Shown: in pieces, positions 9,683-19,184 of the stretch
How positions within the stretch are numbered: position 1 is the stretch's first letter
Layout of the letters: each line of letters begins with the position of its first letter
Assembly (NCBI GenBank): GCA_028704635.1
Contig: JAQWFB010000005.1
Coordinates: forward strand, 26,223 to 90,222
DNA from: Candidatus Shapirobacteria bacterium
GTDB lineage: Bacteria; Patescibacteriota; Microgenomatia; UBA12405
DNA: 64,000 nt
Direction of reading: 5' to 3'
Notes under the pieces: model-generated
Databases searched by the model: none
Seen by the model: the letters and a program-made list of their open reading frames with translations, nothing else
Told to the model about the DNA's origin: nothing
Position numbers and translations under genes: made by a program

Positions 9683-10633
9683 TTAACATTTTAAATCCTT
9701 ATTGTATTCCATGTCAAACCACATAGCAAATAACACAAATTGTACACCCATTAAAGAACAGAGCATAAATGCCATAAAATTCATTTTAAACATCTCTCCT
9801 GTCAATATCCATAAATAAATAAATCTAATCAAAAGTACTGTACTGAAAAAAACATTTAAAAAACCAGCAAAATAAAATAAAACTAAAGGATGAAAGTCTC
9901 TAATAATATATTTTTCCTTCATTCTCCAAAAAAACATTTTTAGCATCATTTTAGGTATGGTTAAAAAAACTTTTCCAAGTTTAATTCCAGATTTTTCTCC
10001 AACCCCATAAGTAGGTTCGATTGGGACATCGCAAACTTTTGCATTATAAACATTTAATCTAACCAATAAATCATTTGGCTGCCCATACCTCTTATACATT
10101 TTATCCCAATCAATAAGTTTTAACATTTTACTATTAATTGCCGTATATCCGGTCTGAGAATCCATTATATGCCAATAACCAGAAGCGACCTTAGTACAAA
10201 AAGATAAAATAGAATTTCCTAAATATCTTACTCTGGGTATTTTTTCATAAGCTTCATCAGATAGTAACCTATTCGCCTTTGAATAATCAACTATATTGTC
10301 AACAACTGGATCTAATATTGCCGGTAAATCTTTTGGTAACATTTGTCCATCACCCGCCATAACCACCGCCACATCTATTTTATTATCACGACACCATTTA
10401 TAACCGCTAGCTATTGCTCCACCAACCCCTTCATTAACACTGTGTTTTATTAAAACCACTCGCGTACCCCTTTTTCTCAATAATTCGATCTGAACAACAG
10501 TATTGTCCTTACTTTTATCATCAATAATAATAATTTTGTCTATAAACTTTGGCATTGTTTCAACAACCTTACCAATTTGTTTTCCCTCGTTATAACAAGG
10601 CACAACTACCCCAATTATTTTATTTTTATACAT
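9683..10633 (-). CDS. GT2 glycosyltransferase (DPM1/GtrB-like) with two C-terminal TMs
   Basis: VVPCYNE, IDDKSKD, MAGDGQ, DSQTGY motifs. Confidence 0.88.
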   Translation of the reverse strand: MYKNKIIGVVVPCYNEGKQIGKVVETMPKFIDKIIIIDDKSKDNTVVQIELLRKRGTRVVLIKHSVNEGVGGAIASGYKWCRDNKIDVAVVMAGDGQMLPKDLPAILDPVVDNIVDYSKANRLLSDEAYEKIPRVRYLGNSILSFCTKVASGYWHIMDSQTGYTAINSKMLKLIDWDKMYKRYGQPNDLLVRLNVYNAKVCDVPIEPTYGVGEKSGIKLGKVFLTIPKMMLKMFFWRMKEKYIIRDFHPLVLFYFAGFLNVFFSTVLLIRFIYLWILTGEMFKMNFMAFMLCSLMGVQFVLFAMWFDMEYNKDLKC

Positions 10634-11747
10634 ATTTTTTAATTAATTTTACAATGTCAATTATTTTTTTATCATCCAACTCTGCATAAATTGGCAAACT
10701 TAAAACCTCACCACACATTTTCTCTACCACCGGCAAAGATCCTTTTTTAATTTTTAAATATTCAAACGCCTTCAAAAAATGTAGGGGCAGGGGATAATAA
10801 ATCATTGATGAAACATTATTTTCTTCCAAATATTTTTTAAGTTCATCTCTTTTTCCATTTTTAATTTTCAAAGTATATTGATGATAAACATGCTTTGTTT
10901 TTTTGTCTAAATTATATTTTGGAACTTCTATGCTATTAATATCTCCCAATAATTTATTATAAATATCCGCAATATTTTGTCTGCTTTTATTCCACTTATT
11001 TAAATATTTTAATTTAACACTCAAAATTGCAGCTTGAATCCCATCTAGTCGACTACTTACCCCAATTTCATCATTAAAATATTTAATTTTTGAACCGTGA
11101 TTTCTTAACATTTTTATTTTCTCAGCTATTTTTTCATTATTAGTTACCACCATTCCACCATCACCGTAACCATTTAAATTTTTCGATGGAAAAAAACTAA
11201 AACAACCAACATCACCTAACCCACCAACCTTTTTACCGTCATATTCAGCCCCAATCGCTTGGCAGGCATCTTCTATAACAAATAATTTATATTTTTTAGC
11301 TATTTCAAGTATTTTATCCATGTTTGCTGGCAATCCAAATAAATGAACTGGAATTATAGCCTTAGTTTTATTAGTGATTTTTTCTTCAATTAGATTTTCA
11401 TCAATATTAAAAGTATTAGGGTCTATATCAACAAACACTGGTTTGGCGCCTAATCTAGTAATTACCTCAGCTGTGGCAAAAAAAGTAAATGGAGTAGTAA
11501 TTACCTCATCACCCTCTTTTATTCCCAAAGCCCACAAAGCTAAATACAATGCATCAGTACCAGAGTTTAAACCTAAAGCATATTTAGTATCACAATATTC
11601 GGCCATTTCTTTTTCAAATTTTTCAACATAAAAACCCCCAATAAAAGCACTGTCTTTAATTACCGACTCAATTGCTCCATTTATTTCTTTTTTAATTAAT
11701 TTATATTGAGTATATAAATCCACCATCTGTATTTTTTTTGTAATCAT
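10626..11747 (-). CDS. DegT-family aminotransferase, WbpE-like
   Basis: NSGTDAL, EDACQAIG, SFFPSKNL, SRLDGIQAA; clustered with WbpA/B/D homologs. Confidence 0.88.
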   Translation of the reverse strand: MITKKIQMVDLYTQYKLIKKEINGAIESVIKDSAFIGGFYVEKFEKEMAEYCDTKYALGLNSGTDALYLALWALGIKEGDEVITTPFTFFATAEVITRLGAKPVFVDIDPNTFNIDENLIEEKITNKTKAIIPVHLFGLPANMDKILEIAKKYKLFVIEDACQAIGAEYDGKKVGGLGDVGCFSFFPSKNLNGYGDGGMVVTNNEKIAEKIKMLRNHGSKIKYFNDEIGVSSRLDGIQAAILSVKLKYLNKWNKSRQNIADIYNKLLGDINSIEVPKYNLDKKTKHVYHQYTLKIKNGKRDELKKYLEENNVSSMIYYPLPLHFLKAFEYLKIKKGSLPVVEKMCGEVLSLPIYAELDDKKIIDIVKLIKKYV

Positions 11748-12313
11748 TTTATCTCTCTAACAATTAAATCGTTCTTTTCATATTTTCTACCGCATTTTTT
11801 ACACTCGGTCATTTCAAATTCATTTGGCAATTTCTCTCCACATTCACAAATCCAACCTTTTAATTTGGCCGGGTTTCCATAAATGACGGAATAATCCAAA
11901 ACATCTTTTGTCACTACACTTCCAGCCCCAATAAGTGCCCATTTACCAACTTTTATTCCACAAACCACCGTACAATTTGCTCCAAAAGTTACTCCTTCTT
12001 CAACAATTGTTTTTACAAATTGCCTGTTTTTAGGATATTTAGCTCTAGGATTCAAATCATTAGTAAAAGTCATTGATGGACCACAAAATACATTATCAGT
12101 CATAATAACCCCCTCATAGATATTTACATTATTTTGTATTTTACAACCATTTCCAATTTCTCCCGCAATAAAACAATTTTGTCCAACAATACAGTCTTTT
12201 CCAATAATTGCATTACTCATCACATGGCTATTATGCCACACTTTACTTCCATCACCAATTTGAGCTCCCTCATCAATAAATGCACTTTTATGACAAAAAA
12301 AGTCTTGTTTCAT
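11744..12313 (-). CDS. WbpD-like N-acetyltransferase (LbH)
   Basis: KVWHNSHV, KIQNNVNIY, FCGPSMTFTND.NPR, GNPAK...WICECG. Confidence 0.88.
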   Translation of the reverse strand: MKQDFFCHKSAFIDEGAQIGDGSKVWHNSHVMSNAIIGKDCIVGQNCFIAGEIGNGCKIQNNVNIYEGVIMTDNVFCGPSMTFTNDLNPRAKYPKNRQFVKTIVEEGVTFGANCTVVCGIKVGKWALIGAGSVVTKDVLDYSVIYGNPAKLKGWICECGEKLPNEFEMTECKKCGRKYEKNDLIVREIK

Positions 12314-12315
12314 AT

Positions 12316-13596
12316 TTATCTACCAATTCCTTTATAAATAATTCCCATTTTTTTGATTTGATCCCTGTCTAAACAATTTTTTCCATCTACCACAATTTTA
12401 ACCTTAGAGTTGGATAAAATAACAGGTAGACTATTAATAAATTCTTGATGCCCAGTACCAATAATAATTGTTTGCATCCCGTCAATAGCGTCTTCAAGGC
12501 AATTATATTTTCCTTTAATATAAGGATCATATGTTTCTATTAGAATATCTAAAGATTCCAAAATTTCTTTTATCTTCATAGAAGGACTTTCTCTTATGTC
12601 GGCCACATTAGCTTTATAAGTCAAACCTAAAAGAACCACTTTTGTTTTTTTAAGTGGCATATTCAGTTTCTTCATTTCTTTAATTAATTTATCCACAGTA
12701 TATTGAGGCATACCATTATTTATTTCCCGAGCTACTTTTAAAAACCTATGATCAAATCCACTCAAGGCTGCTCTCTTTATTAAATAATAAGGATCAACTG
12801 CAATACAATGACCACCAACCCCACAACCAGGCCAATGCGCCATAAAAGCAAATGGTTTATTAGAAGAGGCCTCAATAGTTTCTTTTAAATCTATCCCCAT
12901 CGCATCAAAAGACATTGCTAATTCATTTACATAAGCAATATTAATATCTCTAAAAGTATTTTCTACAATTTTAGTAGCTTCAGCAACTTTTAAAGAACTC
13001 ACCTCATTTACTTTGGCATCAGTTATAAATGTTCTATAAAACTCAGCTATTTGTTTATTAAATTTTTTATTTATTGATCCTATATTTCGGTTAATATTGT
13101 AAACATTCCATCTTGGATCACCAGGATTTATTCTCTCCGGGCAATGAGCTAAATTTATATCTTTTCCAACTTTGTATTTTGTTAGGCTTTCAATAATAGG
13201 TAATAATCTCTCTTCGCAAGTACCTGGATTTACAGTTGATTCAAGTACAATGTGACAACCCTTTTTAATATATTTACACACCAATTTTATTGCCGATTCC
13301 ACTAAACTATAATCTGGTTCATAATTATCATCAATCGGAGTAGGTACACAAATAATAAAAACATTGGAATCCTTTAAAACAACTTCATCTAAAGACACAT
13401 TTAATTTATTATCTCTAAGGTATAAAGTTACTTCCTTATCGCCAATTGGATTTATTCCTTTCTTAATATCATTTATCTTTTTTTTGTTTAAATCAAATCC
13501 AACTGTTTCGTATAATTTTGTCTTGGCAATGGCCACTAAAGTAGGTAAACCAACATATCCTAACCCTACCACAGCAACTTTTTTAATTTTTTTCAT
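12316..13596 (-). CDS. UDP-N-acetylhexosamine 6-dehydrogenase (WbpA/WecC-like)
   Basis: GLGYVGLP, CVPTP, ESTVNPG, PERINPG, ENTFRDINIA, GVGGHCI. Confidence 0.9.
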   Translation of the reverse strand: MKKIKKVAVVGLGYVGLPTLVAIAKTKLYETVGFDLNKKKINDIKKGINPIGDKEVTLYLRDNKLNVSLDEVVLKDSNVFIICVPTPIDDNYEPDYSLVESAIKLVCKYIKKGCHIVLESTVNPGTCEERLLPIIESLTKYKVGKDINLAHCPERINPGDPRWNVYNINRNIGSINKKFNKQIAEFYRTFITDAKVNEVSSLKVAEATKIVENTFRDINIAYVNELAMSFDAMGIDLKETIEASSNKPFAFMAHWPGCGVGGHCIAVDPYYLIKRAALSGFDHRFLKVAREINNGMPQYTVDKLIKEMKKLNMPLKKTKVVLLGLTYKANVADIRESPSMKIKEILESLDILIETYDPYIKGKYNCLEDAIDGMQTIIIGTGHQEFINSLPVILSNSKVKIVVDGKNCLDRDQIKKMGIIYKGIGR

Positions 13597-14719
13597 TATT
13601 TTTTTTATTAACCATTTCTAATGTACTAAATTTATTAAGAGGTAAACTTATTGGTTTTCCTGTAAGAGATGATTTGTAAATTGATAATATTACTTCAAGT
13701 GCTTTTTTTCCTTCTACTCCACTTACTAAAGGCTCTCTACTTTTTCTAATTGCCTCAATCATATCTTTATATAATTCAATATGTCCAAAACCATAAATAT
13801 TAGGTGGTTCTTCCTCGCCGTCAATATTATCATTTTTATCATTATCTTTAAAATTCCACACCTCCACTTTATTTACCGATTTACCACCAATCTTAACTGT
13901 TCCTTTTTCTCCAAAAATACATAAAGTTTCTTCCAAATTTTGAGGGTATACATTTACAGTTCCCTCTATTATTCCAAAACTTCCATTTTTAAATTTAATT
14001 AATCCCACCCCTAAATCTTCACCTTTTATATATGGATGATTGAAATTTTTTGTATAAGCAAATACTTGATCTACTTCGCTATCCATCATCCAAACTAATA
14101 AATCAATATTATGGATACACTGGTTCATCAAAGCACCACCATCATGCTCCCAAGTGCCTCTCCAATTAGCTTGCTTATAATAACTTTCATCCCTGTTCCA
14201 CCTAATATTTGCCACCCCATGGAATAATTTTCCAAATCTATCTTTTTCCAAAGCCTTTCTTAATTTTTGAATCGATTTATTAAATCTGTTCTGGTGCGAC
14301 ACACACAATTTAACTCCTTTTAGTTTGGCCGCCTCAATCATCCTATCGGCGTCTTCTATTGATAACGCCATTGGTTTTTCAACTATTACATTTATTCCTT
14401 TATTAAGACAATCAATTGCAATTGATGCATGAGATCCACTTTCTGTTGCAACTACAACCAAATCTAAATTTTCTTTTTCAATCATTTCCTGATGTGTTTT
14501 ATATATTTTTACTTTTCCAAACAAATCTTCCATTTCACTTTTTTCTAACAATGTTTTAGCATTTTCTACATTTATATCAGCCACACAAACAAATTCTAAT
14601 TCATTTTTATTTTCTATTAAGGCATTTATATGATTCAAAGAAATTCTTCCGCAACCCACCAATCCATACCTCAATTTTCTTTTATTTGCTGATTTCTCCA
14701 TAATGAACCATTCTAACAA
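13583..14719 (-). CDS. Gfo/Idh/MocA oxidoreductase, WbpB-like
   Basis: GCGRIS, EKPMA, QNRFN, WRGTW..DGGALMNQCIH; real start probably the MEKS ATG near 14701. Confidence 0.88.
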   Translation of the reverse strand: MLEWFIMEKSANKRKLRYGLVGCGRISLNHINALIENKNELEFVCVADINVENAKTLLEKSEMEDLFGKVKIYKTHQEMIEKENLDLVVVATESGSHASIAIDCLNKGINVIVEKPMALSIEDADRMIEAAKLKGVKLCVSHQNRFNKSIQKLRKALEKDRFGKLFHGVANIRWNRDESYYKQANWRGTWEHDGGALMNQCIHNIDLLVWMMDSEVDQVFAYTKNFNHPYIKGEDLGVGLIKFKNGSFGIIEGTVNVYPQNLEETLCIFGEKGTVKIGGKSVNKVEVWNFKDNDKNDNIDGEEEPPNIYGFGHIELYKDMIEAIRKSREPLVSGVEGKKALEVILSIYKSSLTGKPISLPLNKFSTLEMVNKKNNEKN

Positions 14720-14780
14720 AATTCTATAAAATTTACTAATAAAAAAAGATTTTAAAATAGATTTAATTTTTTTATTTTTA

Positions 14781-14789
14781 TGCTACAAT
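14781..14789 (+). promoter_or_regulatory. Extended -10 promoter (TGcTACAAT)
   Basis: TGnTAnnnT upstream of the 14846 ORF, followed by a GGGGGT SD-like site at 14832-14837. Confidence 0.5.
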
Positions 14790-14845
14790 ATCCTATAAAA
14801 GTAAAAGCACTTTTAAAAACAAAAGGAAGATGGGGGTTTTAAAAA

Positions 14846-15076
14846 ATGGCCAGCAATGAAAAAAAACTGTTGGGAGAAGAAAAACTCGGCAAAGGTGGTA
14901 GGATTTCTCAAGCACTAAAACCCAAGAAAAAGAAAAGATTTCTTACTCTTGAGGAAATTCACCGAGAAACAAACCTACCTCTAGAAACAGTTGAAAACTA
15001 TGTTTTAAAAGAGCATCCCAATAATTTCATTAAAAAAGTTGTTGGTAATGAAACAAAGTACACTTTAAAAGACTAG
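14846..15076 (+). CDS. Small basic protein, probable winged helix-turn-helix
   Basis: LTLEEIHRETNLPLETVENYV helix-turn-helix pattern plus KKVVGNETKYTL wing; own promoter, SD and terminator. Confidence 0.55.
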   Translation: MASNEKKLLGEEKLGKGGRISQALKPKKKKRFLTLEEIHRETNLPLETVENYVLKEHPNNFIKKVVGNETKYTLKD

Positions 15077-15104
15077 CCAATAAATAAAAATATCCCTTTT
15101 AATC

Positions 15105-15159
15105 GCCGTCAGGTTTATGTAAACTCATTTGTTTATATATTCCTGCCGGCCTTTTTTTT
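15105..15159 (+). terminator. Long intrinsic terminator
   Basis: GCCGTCAGG..ATGTAAAC-loop-GTTTATAT..CCTGCCGGC stem followed by T8. Confidence 0.75.
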
Positions 15160-15211
15160 GTTAAATAAGTCTAAATTTGAACTGAAAGGCCAAATTTTGT
15201 CTATTTATCAA

Positions 15212-15229
15212 ACTCCGATTTATCGGAGT
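15212..15229. repeat. Short REP-like palindrome ACTCCGAT-TT-ATCGGAGT
   Basis: Perfect 8-bp inverted repeat in intergenic DNA. Confidence 0.5.
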
Positions 15230-15265
15230 ATACTAGCTTTCAATATTTTTATACTATAATCACCT

Positions 15266-16669
15266 ATGAAACATTTGAGATTTTTAATTCCTCTAGCATT
15301 AATTTCACTTTTTATTTTTCTGCGTTTTTACAACATTAAAGACTCTTTATTTTTTTTCAATGACGTTGGAAGAGATTTGTTGGTTTTACAAAATTGGCAA
15401 TTATCAGGCAAACCTCCACTTTTAGGACCACAAACAAGTGTTATCCCTTTTAATCAATCGAGTATTTATTTTTACTATCTTTATATTTTTTATATAATCA
15501 CCAACGGTAGCGTTTTTTCCGCCTTATTTGCTAATGCTTTTTTATATATTGCCATGTATATTTTTGGGTTGATTGTTTTTAAAAAAGACAAAAAAATTAC
15601 CACTATTTTAAATATTTCTTTTTTTCTTATTAGTATTCATCCACAATATATCGCTCAAAGTCGTTTTGTTTGGAATCCATCATTAGTAACTCCATTTATA
15701 ATGTCCTCTTTCTTTTCTTTTTATTTATTAACACAAAAATATTCCAAAATTAGGCTTTGGATTTTCTCTCTTTCAATTGCCGCTGCCATCTCCCTCTCTT
15801 ATTCAGTCATACCTTTATTTATCGCAATATTTATTTATTGGTTAATTTTTTATCAAAAATATTTTTTTAAAATATTTTTTTCTATATTTACCTCTTTTTT
15901 ATTTCTAAACATAACCACTGTTTTTTTTGAACTAAGACACAATTTTTTATTAACCAAAAGTCTTTTATTCAAATCTGCTTCACCCCAATCAGGTATTAGT
16001 ATTAATGAAAAATTTAATGATATTGCCAAATTTGTAATTGATTTGCCAAGTCAAAATATTAACCAATATGTTCTTTTAATTTTTGTATTTTTATCAATTA
16101 TCTTAATAACTAGACAATTTAAAAACAAAAATATTACTTTATTTACTAGTTTTATTTTTCTTCTTACTTTTTTGACCTATTTTATCCTTCCAGTGTCTGC
16201 CCAAGCTCATTATGTGTTTCCCATTATTTGTCTTTTATTTATACTTATTACCAGTCAACCAATAATTAGATCAATAATAATAGTTTTTCTTTTATCCCTA
16301 CTTTATTTAACTCCAGCAAATTTAAATTCGTATTTTCAAAAAGCCCCACGTACATATTCTCAAATGGAACAATGTTTCAAAGAATACTGTCAAAAAAACC
16401 CCGAACCAATAAATGTTTCTGTAAGTTCTTCTTATCATCCTTACCACAACGGTCCAGAACATCGCTATTTATTAAAAAAATCAGGTTGTAATGTTCAAGT
16501 TTTAGAAGACGGTCAAAAAGCAAAAACCATGGCATTGGTATTAGACAACAATACTTTTGATCCAGAAAAATCAAATTTTTATGAATTAAGTCTCTTCGGC
16601 CCTTATCAAACCAGAGACACTTTTAATTGTCTCCCTAATTTCCAAATTTTAAATTTAATTAACAAATAA
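15266..16669 (+). CDS. Multi-pass membrane protein, GT-C (PMT/ArnT-like) glycosyltransferase
   Basis: FLRFY...NDVGRD...PLLGP, SRFVWNP motifs typical of CPR GT39-like proteins; many TMs. Confidence 0.65.
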   Translation: MKHLRFLIPLALISLFIFLRFYNIKDSLFFFNDVGRDLLVLQNWQLSGKPPLLGPQTSVIPFNQSSIYFYYLYIFYIITNGSVFSALFANAFLYIAMYIFGLIVFKKDKKITTILNISFFLISIHPQYIAQSRFVWNPSLVTPFIMSSFFSFYLLTQKYSKIRLWIFSLSIAAAISLSYSVIPLFIAIFIYWLIFYQKYFFKIFFSIFTSFLFLNITTVFFELRHNFLLTKSLLFKSASPQSGISINEKFNDIAKFVIDLPSQNINQYVLLIFVFLSIILITRQFKNKNITLFTSFIFLLTFLTYFILPVSAQAHYVFPIICLLFILITSQPIIRSIIIVFLLSLLYLTPANLNSYFQKAPRTYSQMEQCFKEYCQKNPEPINVSVSSSYHPYHNGPEHRYLLKKSGCNVQVLEDGQKAKTMALVLDNNTFDPEKSNFYELSLFGPYQTRDTFNCLPNFQILNLINK

Positions 16670-16733
16670 TCATATCAATTTACTTGAATAATCATATCAT
16701 TATGATGTGATTTTCGGCTTAATATGATATTAT
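16665..16733 (+). promoter_or_regulatory. Phased operator array overlapping the fic promoter
   Basis: AATAATCATATCA direct repeat (16665, 16687); inverted repeat 16690-16712; ATGAT half-sites 22 bp apart; last one overlaps TGaTATTAT -10. Confidence 0.6.
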
Positions 16734-16739
16734 CTATTA

Positions 16740-17789
16740 ATGAATAACTTGAATGGCCGACAGTTAAGAATTCTGGAAATTTTAAAGCCAAAACAACCTA
16801 TCGGCCCTAAGGAAATATTAGAAAAATTGAATCAAAAAGTTTCTATTGTCACTATTTCCCGAGACCTTTCCGAATTAGTTGATTTAAAATATCTTTATAG
16901 AAATGGCAATGGACCAGCAACTCAATATTTTCTTTTAGAAAAAGCTTTATTTTTTAGACCAATTGATTATAAAAAATATTTCGAAATCGAAACAGATAAA
17001 AGAGATATTGTTGAAAATTTTAATATGGAAATTTTTACTCAACTTTCTAAACTCTCAATTTTTACCCCAAAAGAACAAACTCAACTGGAAACACTTGATT
17101 TAAAATTTAGAAAAAATTATTCTCAATTATCACCAACTATAATTAAAAAAGAAATTGAAAGAGTAACTATTGAACTCAGTTGGAAATCTAGCGTTATTGA
17201 AGGAAATACCTATTCTCTTTTAGAAACTGAACGCCTAATTAAAGAAGGTACTGAAACAAAAGGTAAAAAGAAAGAAGAAGCTATTATGCTTTTAAATCAC
17301 AAAAAAGCTTTAGATTTTGTTTTTGAAAATAAAAAACTATTCAAAATGATTAACCGTTCTAAAATTGAACAATTACATAAAATAATTACCCAAGATTTAG
17401 GTATAACTAATAATCTTAGAAAAACTCTGGTAGGAATTACTGGCACCAAATTTAAACCATTAGATAATCAGTTTCAAATTATAGAAGCAATCGACAAATT
17501 CTGTGATTTAATTAATAATACTCAAAATATTTTTACTAAGTCTTTATTTTCAATTATTCTTCTAAGCTATATTCAACCATTTGAAGATGGCAACAAGCGT
17601 ACCAGTCGAATTTTAGGCAATGCTATCCTTATTGCCGACAATAGTTTTCCTTTACCTTTAAGAAGTGTTGATGAAAATCTTTATAAAGAAGCCACTTTGC
17701 TTTTTTATGAACAAAACAATTTAAATTTATTTAAACAAATGTTTTTAGATCAATGCAATTTTTCAGTTGAAAATTATTTTAGAATTTAA
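16740..17789 (+). CDS. Fic-domain protein with N-terminal HTH
   Basis: VSIVTISRDLSEL HTH; SSVIEGNT inhibitory motif; QPFEDGNKRTSR Fic motif. Confidence 0.88.
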   Translation: MNNLNGRQLRILEILKPKQPIGPKEILEKLNQKVSIVTISRDLSELVDLKYLYRNGNGPATQYFLLEKALFFRPIDYKKYFEIETDKRDIVENFNMEIFTQLSKLSIFTPKEQTQLETLDLKFRKNYSQLSPTIIKKEIERVTIELSWKSSVIEGNTYSLLETERLIKEGTETKGKKKEEAIMLLNHKKALDFVFENKKLFKMINRSKIEQLHKIITQDLGITNNLRKTLVGITGTKFKPLDNQFQIIEAIDKFCDLINNTQNIFTKSLFSIILLSYIQPFEDGNKRTSRILGNAILIADNSFPLPLRSVDENLYKEATLLFYEQNNLNLFKQMFLDQCNFSVENYFRI

Positions 17790-17798
17790 TATATCTAT

Positions 17799-19094
17799 AT
17801 GAAAAAAATAGCAGTTATTGGAGTTGGTTATGTTGGATTGGTTACCAGTACTTGTTTTGCTGAACTTGGTAATCAAGTAATTGGTATTGATATTGATCAA
17901 AAAAAAATAGACAACTTAAATAAAGGTATTATCCCAATTTATGAAGAAGGTCTCACTGATTTAGTCAAAAAAAACCGTAAATCAGGTAATTTATTCTTTA
18001 CCACTGATATTACTAAAGCTGTTAAAACTTCTGACATTATTTTCATTGCGGTTGGCACTCCACCAATGGCGGACGGCAGCGTCAATTTGGATTATGTCAA
18101 AAGCGTTGCCGAATCTATTGGCAAAGCCATAAACGGCTATAAAGTAATTATTAATAAATCCACTGTTCCAATTGGCACCGGCAACATCGTAAAAATAATA
18201 ATTTCCAAAAAATATAAAGGTGACTTTGATGTTGTTTCCAATCCAGAATTTTTAAAAGAGGGGACAGCTGTTTCTGATTTTATGAATCCCGACAGAATTG
18301 TGGTTGGAACTGATTCCGTAAAAGCTCAAAAAATTGTCAACGATCTCTATGCTTCCCAAAATTCAACTATTATTAATACCGACATCAAAACCGCTGAATT
18401 AATTAAATATGCTTCCAATGCCTTCTTAGCCACTGAAATTTCCTTCATAAATTCCATCGCTAATATTTGTGAAAAAATTGGTGCTGATGTCACTAAAGTG
18501 TCCGAAGGAATGAAACTCGATCAGCGAATTGGCAAAAAAGCTTTTCTAAACGCCGGTATTGGCTATGGTGGCAGCTGTTTTCCTAAAGATGTTAAGGGGT
18601 TAATTCAAATTGCTCACGAAAATAATGTCCGTTTTAGTATTCTCGATGCTGTCGAAGATACTAATTCCGCTCAAAAACAATCTCTTATTCCAAAAATTCA
18701 ATCTCTTCTTGGTGATGATTTACACGACAAAAACATCACTGTTTGGGGACTAGCTTTCAAACCGAACACCGATGATGTTCGTGAAGCTCCATCTCTAGTT
18801 ATTATTAAACAGCTTCTCGATCGCAACGCCAAAATTACTGTTGTTGATCCCATTGCCACCGAACAAGCCAAACTAATTTTAGGCGACACTGTAATTTATG
18901 AAGAAAATTTAATTAAATCAGTTTCCGGTGCTGATTGTTTAATTATTGCCACAGAATGGGCGGAATTTAAAAATGTTGATTTAAAACAAATTAAAAAAGC
19001 AATGAAAAAAGCCAATATTGTTGATGGTCGTAATATTTTTAATAAAAAAGAAATGAAAGTTTTTGGTTTTAAATATCTTTCTGTTGGTAGATAA
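17799..19094 (+). CDS. ugd: UDP-glucose 6-dehydrogenase
   Basis: GVGYVG, AVGTP, KSTVP, SNPEFLKEG, KYASNAFLA, GYGGSCFPKD. Confidence 0.93.
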   Translation: MKKIAVIGVGYVGLVTSTCFAELGNQVIGIDIDQKKIDNLNKGIIPIYEEGLTDLVKKNRKSGNLFFTTDITKAVKTSDIIFIAVGTPPMADGSVNLDYVKSVAESIGKAINGYKVIINKSTVPIGTGNIVKIIISKKYKGDFDVVSNPEFLKEGTAVSDFMNPDRIVVGTDSVKAQKIVNDLYASQNSTIINTDIKTAELIKYASNAFLATEISFINSIANICEKIGADVTKVSEGMKLDQRIGKKAFLNAGIGYGGSCFPKDVKGLIQIAHENNVRFSILDAVEDTNSAQKQSLIPKIQSLLGDDLHDKNITVWGLAFKPNTDDVREAPSLVIIKQLLDRNAKITVVDPIATEQAKLILGDTVIYEENLIKSVSGADCLIIATEWAEFKNVDLKQIKKAMKKANIVDGRNIFNKKEMKVFGFKYLSVGR

Positions 19095-19112
19095 TTTTTA
19101 AATATCCTATAA

Positions 19113-19184
19113 TTGACATTTTCTTCCATTAGATTTAATATCAGCCAAAGCTCATTAACAATCTAAATAATAAAAAAGGAAGGA
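19113..19184 (+). promoter_or_regulatory. sigma70-type promoter, boxA-like motif and SD upstream of pgk
   Basis: TTGACA(19113)-17 bp-TAATAT; GCTCATTAACAA (19150-19161); AAGGAAGGA before ATG. Confidence 0.5.
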
